Positions 25,648 to 37,355 of a stretch of 64,000 bases of DNA are shown here, in pieces. Every line of letters begins with the position of its first letter. Position 1 is the first letter of the stretch. The position numbers were made by a program, and so were the translations under genes. The notes beneath the pieces were generated by a model. That model ran no database searches, was not told the origin of the DNA, and saw only the letters and a list, made by a program, of their open reading frames with translations. Source of the DNA: Geosiphon pyriformis uo1 (lineage: Eukaryota; Fungi; Glomeromycota); NCBI GenBank assembly GCA_016748015.1, contig JAAOMT010000523.1, positions 1,067,270-1,131,269 of the forward strand, written 5' to 3'.

Positions 25648-26598
25648 CATGGAATTATCCTTATAAATCTTATCATTAATTAACATATATTATCATTTCA
25701 AATTATTCCTTATTACATTAGCAAAATATCCAAAATTATCATTTAATTAATAACCCAATTTGTACATAACACAAATGTAATCTAATTGCGATGATCAATC
25801 ATGCAATACCCCGAACTATGTAACATTCAAAAAGTTCGCCAAAATTTGTAAGAAATTTGCCGAAATAATTGATAGTTTGCCAAAATATCTAATAGTTCAC
25901 AGAAATAACTTGTAATTCACCAAAATGTATCTTTAGTTCAGCAAAATTATAGAAAATAGCAAAGTTCAAGTTCATAGAATAGTGTTACGACAAGTTGTAT
26001 AAAAAAAGAGCTTCTCTCTTCGAGGAAATGTATTTTACTTCAGATTTAATAATTAGAATTATTCTTTACATACAAAAACAAAATAAATATCAAATAATTC
26101 GAAAAATCAAATTCTTAATTATTTCCCTTGAAATTAACCAAACCCTACTAACAGTTAAAATTGATTAGCTACCAATTTCAGTAGACTGTTAAAGCACTTC
26201 CAGGCCTGGATCCAAAATGACTTCCATAAATCATCAGTTTTACTTTTTTTTACATTCCCTTTATTTTCTTTCTTTTCTTATTATAAATCATTTGGGTATT
26301 TTACAGACAAGAATTCCTGTAGAAGAGTTGACTTTCACAGCAAAGTAACTACACATTTTTAATGAGCTTCCAGATGAGCAATTCCTGGGAAAGAGTTGAC
26401 GTTTACTACAACGTAACTATACAAAGTAACTGGCATGGAATTGGCCATTCTACTTATAAGCCCAGCAATTCAAATTATAGGAGATAATTTGAAGATAAAT
26501 TCAGTTATTGGAGGTCCAACTACTTCCTGGAAACGTGAATTCACAGCAAATCAACATTAACAAAATTCAAGAAAAGTGACCAAAAACCTCTGGTAACA
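25616..26598 (+). repeat. Chimeric LTR (D-type left part, C-type right end) shared by D and C
   Basis: Left ~800 bp match the D 5' LTR; the last ~90 bp match the C 3' LTR end rather than the D end; followed directly by a PBS. Confidence 0.88.
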
Positions 26599-26643
26599 TT
26601 TGGTGCTCTTCCACAGAAATAACACAGCAACAACAAATTCAAA

Positions 26644-29600
26644 GTGGTGACCACACCAGACACAGCAACTCTAGAGTATTATCAGTCAATTTACACCCAC
26701 TGCAAGCAAAGATTCAACATTCCAGACGGAATTGAAGTTGTCAAGAAATCAGTATACCAACACATTGAAAACCGCATCAACAATTATCTTTTTGGAAATT
26801 ACAATATCTCAGAAGTTAGAAACAACCTTTACAATAATTTAGCACACTATTTACAGTTGGAACTGAAGACCTTAACAGTGAAATACTTGCTACTTACTTT
26901 TAAGAACTTAATTTTAACATTATCAAGTACTGTAAAGAAACATATCCAGTGCAGTCTCAATACTCCATTGATTTTGAATTAGAAACAGAAACAAGCAACA
27001 AAGACAAACAAAAAGTGAAACAATATTTAAAAACCACACCAAATACTCCAATACTACCAAAAACAATTGTCAAATACTTGCAAACATCTGAACAAAGAAC
27101 CAGTATCAAATTATCACTTTCTATTACATCATTTCCAATTTCACTTGTTTAACCACAAACACCAAGTTCACCACTTAACCATTTCTCCAAATCAGAAGAT
27201 TTTCAGTCACCTAGAAATCCTATTCAACAGCAGGAACCAATATCAACCAGCACCAATATTATTGAGTATTTACAGGAAATCAAAAGTAATCCTTCAGAAA
27301 ACTTGAAAAGTGAAAAAACTGAATCAAAACAAGAAAAAACTATAGAAAACAAAGAAGAAATGGCAACTGCTTACATTGCAAAGATTCCAGAGTTTACTGG
27401 TGAAAATAATGATACCAGTCCTCAAGAATGACTTGATAAAGTCCAAAAAGCAGGAGATGTAAATGGTTGGAATGCAACAAGAATGCTCAAGGCAATTCCA
27501 TACTTTCTCCAAAGAACTGCAGGAGAATGGTTTGAAAACTTAGAACTATTTAAAAACTGGCAAGTATTTAAAGATGCTTTTTTACAACAATTCACTGACA
27601 ATAATACCTCTATCACTTTCCACAATCACTTTTGCAACATCAAACAAGAAACATCTGAAACTGTCATGACCTATCTTGAAAGATTCAACAAACTCCTTCG
27701 ATGAATTTGACAATTAGAAACCAATGACTACTATTCTGATGCCCAGATTTTGGATTAGTTTATAGCAGAATTAAAAAACAAACTCATTAAGAAAGTCTTT
27801 CCACATGCACCAGCAGACTTAGCAACTGCCATTAGACATGCAAAAAACTATGAAATGGCAATAAAAGAAGCAAACCACACCAAACTTGTCAACCTAGCTA
27901 TTGAAGAAACCAGTTCAGCAGCTGAAAAAAAGATAGACCAACTTACAAAAAAGGTTGAAAACTATTTTACCAACCAACAACAACAGCAGCAGCAACCACA
28001 AAGATATCAACCACCACAACGACAAAACCAAAACAACTTTAGATTACTATCCAACAACCAATCTCAAAATTGTCATTATTGTAGAATTTTAAAACACTGA
28101 AAACGAGATTGCAGGAAATTGCAAAGAGACCAACAAAATAAGAGTAATCAACATTATTCTTCACCACAACAATCTTATTATCAACCTCCACCACCAACTT
28201 ATTATTTACCAAGACCACAAAATCAAAACAATTACTATCAACCAGCTCCACAACCAATGCAGCAACAGTATTAGCAACCTTTACCAATTCAGCAATATTA
28301 GACACCACCCACTCAACAATATCAAGTGCCAGCCAGAAGATTGGTTCAACATAACCAATTCACACTCCAAAATCAATTTCAGAATAACAATAACAGAATC
28401 AACCCAAATAATCAGTTGGTTCTCCGAAATTCTGGTCAACAAAGACCCAATCACTATCACACTCAACCCAGTTATCTTATAATGCCTAAAGGATCGAATT
28501 TTCAACAACCTGCACTTTCTAAAGGTGAAGTTGCAGCACCAAAGTCAAATCCTTTCAACAATACCATTTCACCAGCTCAAATTGCTGTAAATATCAATCT
28601 CTCAAATATATTTCTATTTGAATTTGAAGCAAATGAATCATCATCCTTGCTTAGTAATGCAGCAGCTAATAAACAAAAAGCTATTACTGCCATGTACATT
28701 GAAGCTACAATAGAAAAAAAGCCCATCCGATTAATCCTAAACAGTGGATCAGCTGGAAGTATTATCACCTACCAGTTAATGCAACAGCTTCAAAAAACTG
28801 TTGACAGACCAGCCCAAACTGTAATTGTTACAGCAGATGGTATGAAAAAGACACCAGTAGGAGAAATTGACAATTTCCTATTTATCATTGATGGAATTAC
28901 CATTCCAGTTAAAGTTCTAGTCATGGATGCACCCCAATATCAAGTCCTGGTCAGAAATAATTGGCTTCTTAAGGCCAATGCAAACTTGGACTGGGAAACT
29001 CAGAAACTAAAAATCTTATACCAAGAACAATATACTATAGTACCTGCTACTTGTAGTACTTTTAACAAATGATCAGAAAAAGTCCCAGTATTTGAATTTG
29101 AAGAGGAGAAAGAAATGCCACTTACTGAAACCTATATGGCCCTTGGATCAACATCTAATTGGGCTGAGAAAACAGAACAAAAAATTTTTGAAGAATCAAA
29201 AGGATAAAAGAAAGTTAGATATTCTACACCAGAACCATGGAAACAACCACTCTATATTCCACTCAAATGTAAAGATTGCAACAAGAAACTTTCATCAATG
29301 GGAGCATCCATTTCTCCAGAAGAGAAATATGAAACTTGTATCTGCTACTTTTGTAAAGCATGCCATAGAGAATGATTTGGATATTCCAAAAGAAATGAAA
29401 AATGAGACAAAACATCTTGCCTCACATGTAGAAATATACTACCAAAAAAATGCAACTGGATTGATGTTGCAATGAGAAGAGGAGTATGTGATCAAACCTG
29501 TTAATATGCTCTATCAATTTCGGAAAAAGTCAGAAGAGAAACATCATTTGATGCAGTATATAATAGTGCTCTCAATAAACTTTACCACTACCCTCATGAT

Positions 29601-32248
29601 GCTGAAATGATTTTTGACTTAGCAATGGCATTAATCAATGAAGCCACCCAAGAAAATGTCCATCAAATAAAAAAAGCTGAATACATTAAGTATACCATGG
29701 AGTTAGCTGGATTTGATTATGAAGATGAAATAGAAACATACCACCAAATTGCAAGTTATACATATCCAACCAAAGAAGCTCAAATTCAACAATTAGAGCA
29801 AATGAACATTCAATTGTGTAAAAAATGTGTTATGCCTTGTAATGACCAATGGTGTTTAGAATGCTATGCTCTTAGCATTCCCTTGCCAGATGAGAATGAT
29901 GAAAATAAAATAAAATTTGGAGTATCTGAACTAGTAGAAGAATTACCAATCACTCTCATCTATCTTCTTGAAAATTAACCACCTCTACAACTTAAATATT
30001 TCGACAACCATGGCCAAGGAATCATACCAGAAAAAGCACATGAAATTGATGCTGGGTATGACTTAAGATACCTTGATTCTCCAACCAAAGTTCTTGACAA
30101 AAATCAACCTCAAAATTGCTCTTGAAATTTCACCTGGAGCAATGATTTAAATTGCATCCAGATTATTATTGGCAAGCAAAGGAATCAATATTAGAGGAGG
30201 AGTTATAGATGCAGGATATATTGAAGACATTATCATCATGTTACAGAATAAAACAAACAAACCATTCAGAATTGAACATGCTGAGAAAATTGCCCAAGCA
30301 ATTTACTTATCCTTAATCAACATTTCAGGTTTACAATCAGTGAAAAACAGAGAACAATTGGAAAAAAGTGAAAGAAGAACTCAAGGTTTTGGTTCAACTG
30401 GACGATTTACAGTGCCAGTAAACATAGCTTTCAATACACAAAATGAATCTCACCAGATTCTTCAACTTCCCCAACCAATTACCATTTCATCTTTTGAAGA
30501 ATATTACGAAATTTACACCTGCTCAAAACCCACCACTACCCAACAAATCTTTGAATCCAATGAACAAATCTGTTTAAAGCATGAAATCTCAATCCCAAAC
30601 GTTTATATTCCTAAAGGAATGAAAAAATTTCGAGTTATATTCTACAACCCCAACAATTACCCTATTGTCCTATTAAATAAACTAGAAATTGGAATTATAC
30701 ACAGCAATATTTTCCAAGATAAAAACCCTCAAATTGTCTCTAATTTCATCGAAATTATAAGACATACATTACTTCCAAATCCAAACATCACCCCTACTAC
30801 TGAAAACTACCATCTGTTGGAAGAAAAACTCTCTAGAATCAACATGAATCCCTTAGAACCCCAACAACAAAGACAATTAAAACAATTGATAGCTGAATTT
30901 GCAAATATATTTGCAAAAGACAACAATGACCTGGGAAAAACGGATATTGTCCAATATCAGATCCACACAGGAGATGCTCCACCAAAAAGACAACAAGCTT
31001 ATTGAGTGCCACCTGCCAACCACTAATTCATCAGAGAAGAGATCCAAAGAATGCTCAATAACGAATTAATCCAACCATCAAGAAGTCCATGGGCCTCACC
31101 AGTAGTTTTAATTAAAAAGAAAAACGGAAAAATCAGATTCTGTGTTGATTATAGACAACTGAATAGTATTACAATTGGAGATGCCTACCCTCTTCCAAGA
31201 ATTAATGATATGTTAAATGCTTTAGGAAAAACCAAGTTCTTCTCAACTTTAGACTTGGAAAGTAGATATTGGCAAGTCGAAATGGACCCAAAAGATCGAC
31301 CCAAAACAGCATTTACCACTCAAGAAGGAAACTATAAGTTCAATGTTATGTCTTTTGGACTCTGCAATGCACCAGCAACATTCCAGTAACTTATGAATGT
31401 TGTATATGAAGGGCTCTTGTGGCAATCAGTAGTTGTTTATCTTGATGACACTAATGTGTACTCACCAAGCTTTGAAGCCCATCTTATTTACCTGCAAGAA
31501 GTTTTTCAACAATTATGGAAAGCAGAATTGAAATTAAACATTGAGAAATATCACTTTGGAAAAACAAGTTTAATCTTTCTTGGACATATTGTTAGCAAAA
31601 ATAGAGTCAAACCAAATCCTGAAACAATCAGTGCTGTCAAAAACTTTCAAACTTCCAAAAATACCACAGAGCTATGAGGATTTGTAGGATTAGCCTCCTA
31701 CTATCGAAAATTCATCAAAAAATTCTCAGAAATTGCCAAACCACTTAATTATCTCACCAACAAAAATGTGTCTTACAAATGGACAGAAGAACAACAAAAA
31801 GCTTTTGAAACCCTCAAAACAAGACTGACAACAGCCCCAGTTCTTGCTTATCCAGACTTCAACAAATGGTTTCAACTAGCCACTGATGTTTCACACATAG
31901 TATTTGGTGCCATCTTATCACAATTGGATGAAAATGGCCAAGAACAAGTCATTGCTTATGCTAGTAGAATACTCAAATCAACAGAACTCAAATATGGCTC
32001 AACTGAATTAGAAGCTGCTGTAGTCATTTGGGCTCTTAAACCCTTTCAACAATACTTAGAATGAAAAAGAATTTGACATCATAACTGACAATATTGGTTT
32101 CAAATGGCTTAATAAAAAGAAAACTGAATAAAGTGCCAAACAGTCTCGATGAAATGACTTCTTAGCAGACTACAAATATATTGTATACCACAAACCAGAA
32201 AAACTACACACCAATATTGATAGTCTCTCAAGAATGAGACAAGATTAA
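26644..32248 (+). pseudogene. C ORF1: N-terminal extension, capsid, CCHC, protease, Cys-rich region, dUTPase (~30015-30405), RT, RNase H
   Basis: LILNSGSAGS; GGVIDAGY and RRTQGFGSTG; VYLDD; ATDVS. Ends SRMRQD-TAA at 32246-32248. Confidence 0.93.
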
Positions 32249-32306
32249 ACACCAACAACAAATCCAACACAACTCACCAACTTATCAACACAATAACCAA
32301 ATAACA

Positions 32307-33692
32307 ATAGATTTCAGAAATTACAACAATCTTAAAAACTATTTGGAGACTTTTACTATACCAGAAAATTGGTCTCCAAGTAAAAAACATCGATTACAAC
32401 ACCAATTTAAACAATATTTCATACACCACAACAAAATCTATTACAAAAATTGTAGAAATCCAAACCAATCACTCAGATTAGTACAGGAAAATGAAAAAAA
32501 AACAATCCTATACAACATGTACACAGATCCATCTTCAGCACACTTGGGAAGAGATAAAACAATCCAAAGAACTCTTGAACATTATTTTTGGCCTCAAATG
32601 CAAAAAGACATTTGACAATATATAGAATCTTGTGATAGTTGTCAAAGAAGAAAAGAAACTCACCCCACAGAACTTTTAAATCCAATTAAAGTTGGACAAC
32701 TTTTTGACAGAGTTGGAATTGATTTAGTCGAACCATTACCTATCACAACCCAAGGAAATTGCTATATTGCAGTAGCAGTAGATTATTTCACCAAATGGCC
32801 TGAAGCTAGAGCCATCCAAAGAGCAGATGCAAAATCAGTAGCAAATTTCATCTATAAAGACATTATCTGTAGACATGGATGCCAAATTGAACTTTTATCT
32901 GATCAAGAAACACATTTTGTAAACAACTTGATACAAAAAATTTGTGAACAATTCAATGTCAAAAGACCTCTATCATCACCTTATCACTCTTAAACAAATG
33001 GATTTGTAGAACGTTTCAACAGAACATTGTGTGAATCTCTAGCCAAAGTCTTAACAAATTTTGAGCAGGAATGGGATATTTTTATTTTATTAGTGTTACT
33101 AGCATACAGAACACTAAAACAAGATACCACAAAACACACATCATTTGATCTTACTTATGGAAGGACAGCAACATTACCAATTAATTTCACAGTGGAAACA
33201 TACCCTGTGCAACCAATTAATAAAGAAAACTTTCAAGAAACACTCCAAAGAAAAGTCTACACTCTTTTTAATACACTGGAAAGAAAAAGAAAGATAGCAG
33301 CAACTCATATTGAACATTCCCAAGTTCAACAAAAAGAAAGACATGACAACAAATTACCACTCATAACCAACAAATTTAAAATTGGAAATAAAGTTCTTTT
33401 ACACAGAACTAAGGCCAAAAAACAATGGAGTGGAAAATTTGAAAACAAATGGAATGGACCATTTTATATTCACGAAATTCTAGGCAATGGATCATACAAG
33501 TTAAGACTTGGTAACAAAGTACTAACAAAAATTGCACATAGAGATAGATTGAAACACTATCATTCCAGAAATAATCTTGAACCATTAATTCCACAAATTG
33601 GTACACATTCCCCTTTAATTAAACCTGAAGATATTCCCCGAAATTTAGAACCAATAATTATAATAGAACAACAGCCAAACTTGAACACTTAA
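32307..33692 (+). pseudogene. C integrase, separate ORF
   Basis: Starts at ATA (position of D's ATG) 58 nt after the RNase H stop; HHCC, DDE and WNGPFY motifs. Confidence 0.9.
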
Positions 33693-33852
33693 TTTAACAT
33701 AATTTTACAATAATCTTTTTAATATAAATACACAAAGAAAAAATAATAAATAATTACAAAAACACACAAACCCAAAAACAAATAAAACCCCATATCCAAA
33801 AATAATTTTCTTTATTCTTTTCAAACTTTGTTATTAATTAGTCATTTTTATC

Positions 33853-34560
33853 ATGATTATTCCCCGAAATATTCAACAAATATCCCAAAAATTAATGTTA
33901 GCTTTGAAAACACTTCCTGGTTTGTCTATAACGATTAATAAAAGTCAAATTAATTACATTTAGAAAGAAACCACAGCCCCAATAGTAAATAATTCTCAAA
34001 ACTATCACTCTTATAAAAGAAAAACAAGAGGTCACTCTGAAAATAGGTTACCAGAACTCTTAAAGCAAGCACTAAAAGAAAACCTCTTAATTGCCCCTAT
34101 TGACATTTCACCAAATGCCACAATGCAACAAAAACTTTTACTATTTCTCAATGAACAGAACAATGAACATACCCTTATATATAGATATTTTCATATTGGA
34201 AAAACACTTTATGGACGAAAACTAGAACTTGAAGCAACCAATATCACTCCTAAGAATATATAAAAACAAATTCACAATGAATTCAAGACAGCAGCTGGAC
34301 CAATAAATACTCATTATAAACTTAGAGCAGCATTTAGACTCTATGATTTATTCAACACTTGTGAAAACGTCCTACAAAATCCAATACTCCATCCAATGAA
34401 GATTCAATACATTGGAAAGCTCACAGAACTGAAATTTCAACAATTTTCAGACCAAATTACTTCAATTATCTTGAACTATTATCTTAACATCACAGATAGT
34501 GCTTGGATTTTGATGGAGCTCAGTCTTAAGGAGAAGATTATGTTACCAGTAGAATTTTAG
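33853..34560 (+). pseudogene. C ORF3, accessory protein (~235 aa), overlapping the PPT and 3' LTR
   Basis: MIIPRNIQQISQKLMLALK...RYFHIGKTLY...YKLRAAFRLYDLF...IMLPVEF*; no frameshift relative to D ORF3. Confidence 0.85.
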
Positions 34561-35512
34561 CTATTAATTAGCATGAAATTACCCTTATAATTCCTATTAT
34601 TAATTAGCATATATCATTATCATTTCGATTATCCCTTATTATTTAATCAAATTATCAAATATCATTACTCAATCAATAATCCGATTTGTACTCTAGAAAT
34701 TAAAATGATCAAATTACACAATACCCTGAACCATTTAACATAGTCAAAATTCGTCGAAATTAATGAAAATTTGCTGAAATAATCAATAGTTCAATGAAAT
34801 AACTTGTAAATTTGCCGAAATGTATCTTTAGTTCACCCAAATTTTAGCAAAAAGAAAAGTGCAAGTTTAAAGACTAGTACTATAACAAGTTGTATAAAAG
34901 AAGAGCTTCTCTCTTCAAGAAAATGTATCTTCTCATAGTATTTTAACATAGTATCTTACTTTAGATATCTTAATTGAAACAAATCACCTTTTATACATTC
35001 AAATAAAAATTAAATATTCAAAAAACAAATCCTTAAAATTATTGCACTTGAAATTCCTTCAACACAACTAACGTTTTGAAATTGATTAGCTACCAATTTC
35101 AATAATCTGTTAGTGACTCCAGGCTTGGATAGAAAACGTTTCCCTTGATAAAATTCTATTTCTTTTACATTTCTTTTATTTTTCTTTTCTTTTCTTATCA
35201 TAATCATTAGGGTAGCCTACAGACGAGATTCCTGAAGAAGAGTTGATTTTCACAGCAAAGTAACTACACATTTTAGTGAGCTTCCAGATGAGCAATTCTT
35301 GGAAAAAAGTTGACGTTTACTACAACATAACTACATAAAGTAACTGGCAAGGAATTGGCCATTCCACTTATAAGCCCAGCAGTTCAAATTATAGGAGATA
35401 ATTTGAAGATAAATTCAGTTATTGGAGGTCCAACTACTTCCTAGAAACGTAAATTCACAGCAAATCAACATTAACAAAATTCAAGAAAAGAGACCAAAAA
35501 CCTCCAGTAACA
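34541..35512 (+). repeat. C 3' LTR (972 bp)
   Basis: TGTTACC...AGTAACA followed by TSD ATAG. Confidence 0.95.
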
Positions 35513-36501
35513 ATAGCTTTGGTGACGTCGTTGATCCATGTTTGGGTGTCATCCTCTTCACCAGAAAATTTTTCTAGCTTTGCAATTGGTGCATATGCCA
35601 TTTGTTGTTGTTGTTGTGGCTGTTGAAATGGCTGTTGAAGTTGTTGAGATGGTTGAATCAGTTCAATAATTGGTTTTCTGGGTGGCTGGTTAATAATGAT
35701 TACTGGAAGTAAGTTTTCTTGATTAATTACTTTGGGGTTTAGATTATTCAAAGTCTGCTGAGTTTAAATATCTGGAGTTTCAACTTCTGAATTTTCTGTG
35801 ATCGGATTTTGGTAATTAAATTCTTAATCCTCTTCTTTCTTTTCTTCTAATGCCATTATTTTCCAGGAACTTGTGTTTCCGAAATCTGGTTGAGGTGGTG
35901 GTAATTGGAGTTCTGATGGCATTGGGGATCATTATTTAAATCTCTCAAAGTAATCACTGTAAGTTCCTAGTAATTCTGCTTTTTTTTGTTTACTTTAAAA
36001 TGAGAGTCAGCCAAATGTTGATGTCACATATGATATGGATGCACCTATTGATAAGATGTTAATAGTGCTTTCTGGTGTGTAATGATATGATGAATTAATT
36101 GGTAATTTAACTCTGGTTTTCTTCCAAGTAGGTAATTGTATTTGTTTTAGTGTTACTGTTGGTGTTTGCAATCTTCTTTTGTCTTTGTCTACATAAGTGA
36201 TAGGAAATTGTTGTTGTGTGTATCTTTCAATGGTTTGATTGATTTCACTAATGATTGGTGCAAAACTGTAGTTTCTTGGTAAGCTGGTATGTTGAAATAA
36301 TTCTGTATAGAAATTTTCCCTTGTGGATTTAATTTTAACTGTTCCTCCTAAGCAGTCTGTGATTTTATTATTGATGTAAAAGTTGAAGGCTGATTCTGCT
36401 GAGAAATGATTATTGTTTAATCCTAATTGTTGGCTGTACTGTTAAAACAAGAATTTGGAAAATTCTAAGTGGTTTGCTCCTATAATTTCTAATTCTGCCA
36501 C
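35513..36501 (-). pseudogene. B2 ORF1 5' part (GTG-initiated N-terminal extension and start of capsid)
   Basis: ORF 35455-35751 has MAYAPIAKLEKFSGEEDDTQTWI; joins 15937 across the ATAG TSD. Confidence 0.85.
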
Positions 36502-36543
36502 TTTTGGATGATTGTTGTTGGTGCTGTTCTCTGTAGAATTATA

Positions 36544-36560
36544 CCTCATAGGGAGCACCA
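36544..36560 (-). promoter_or_regulatory. B2 primer-binding site TGGTGCTCCCTATGAGG
   Basis: Two nt inside the 5' LTR; same consensus in B1 (50824-50839), E1 (40102-40118) and E2 (61819-61835). Confidence 0.85.
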
Positions 36561-36562
36561 AA

Positions 36563-37355
36563 TGTTACAGGTGATTATTTGGGGTCTCAAATTAAATAAC
36601 AAACCCATAACTTGGTGCTTGATTAATACAATGATGTTGGTGGTTTCTAAAGGTGGTTTTTCTGAAGGTTATGTTGTGGAGTCCTTTGAATAATGAACAG
36701 AGATTTAATTGATTGTTTTATCTATAGCTTCCCAAAACTGCAGTTTTGTCAAATTTTTTTCTCAACATGGTGGCTGGTAATCCTCCTGGTAAGCTATCCT
36801 CAAATCTATAAGTGTTCTATCTTTGTTTTACAGGTCTTTTACCAGTCTCTATGATGTTTGTATTCCAGTGCTTAATTCTTAATCAATTTAGTAAAACCAA
36901 AGAAATAACAAAAAGAAATAAAAGAAAATAAAAGAAGATAATGAAATGAGTAAAAGCAATTGCAAGTTAGTATCTTGTCAATAGCCATGATCAAGAGCTA
37001 TTGTTCCAGTGTGGTTAAGTATCAATTACTATCAACATTTTATGTTGATAGTGAAGAATGAATTTGAAATAGAGAATAATTATTTATTGATATTTGTGAG
37101 TTAAAAGATTGCTTAAATAAAATCTAAACTAAGAGGTTTCTAACTAAAGGATTCTGTCTTTTTTTCTTTTAGCACTACTGCTATATATACATAATTGAGA
37201 TTTCTCAATTCCTCAATTTTTTACACCAGAAATTCTGAAATTTCTGGAATTCTGCAATTCCTTTTGAGAGAAATTCTGAAATTCCACATTTACTACAACT
37301 ACTTCTAATTGGCTAATTTATACACTAATATACTTTCTATGTTCTATGAGTAACA
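36563..37355 (-). repeat. B2 5' LTR (793 bp)
   Basis: Aligns to 7823-8678 but lacks about two internal tandem units. Confidence 0.95.

Larger units (their letters stand above)
16714..26598 (+). mobile_element. Element D: Ty3/Gypsy LTR retrotransposon (sister of C) inserted in the C 5' LTR; its 3' LTR is fused to the remainder of the C LTR
   Basis: LTR 16714-17697, PBS 17700-17715, PPT ~25603-25615, second LTR from 25616. Confidence 0.92.
15938..35512 (+). mobile_element. Element C: Ty3/Gypsy LTR retrotransposon inserted in the gag of B2
   Basis: TSD ATAG at 15934-15937 and 35513-35516. 5' LTR starts at 15938 and is interrupted at 16713; 3' LTR 34541-35512. PBS 26601-26616, PPT ~34528-34540. 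Confidence 0.93.
7823..37355 (-). mobile_element. Element B2: full-length Ty3/Gypsy LTR retrotransposon (~9.95 kb net) inserted in the RNase H region of B1
   Basis: LTRs 7823-8678 and 36563-37355. TSD ACAT at 7819-7822 and 37356-37359. PBS 36544-36560, PPT 8679-8694. Confidence 0.95.
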
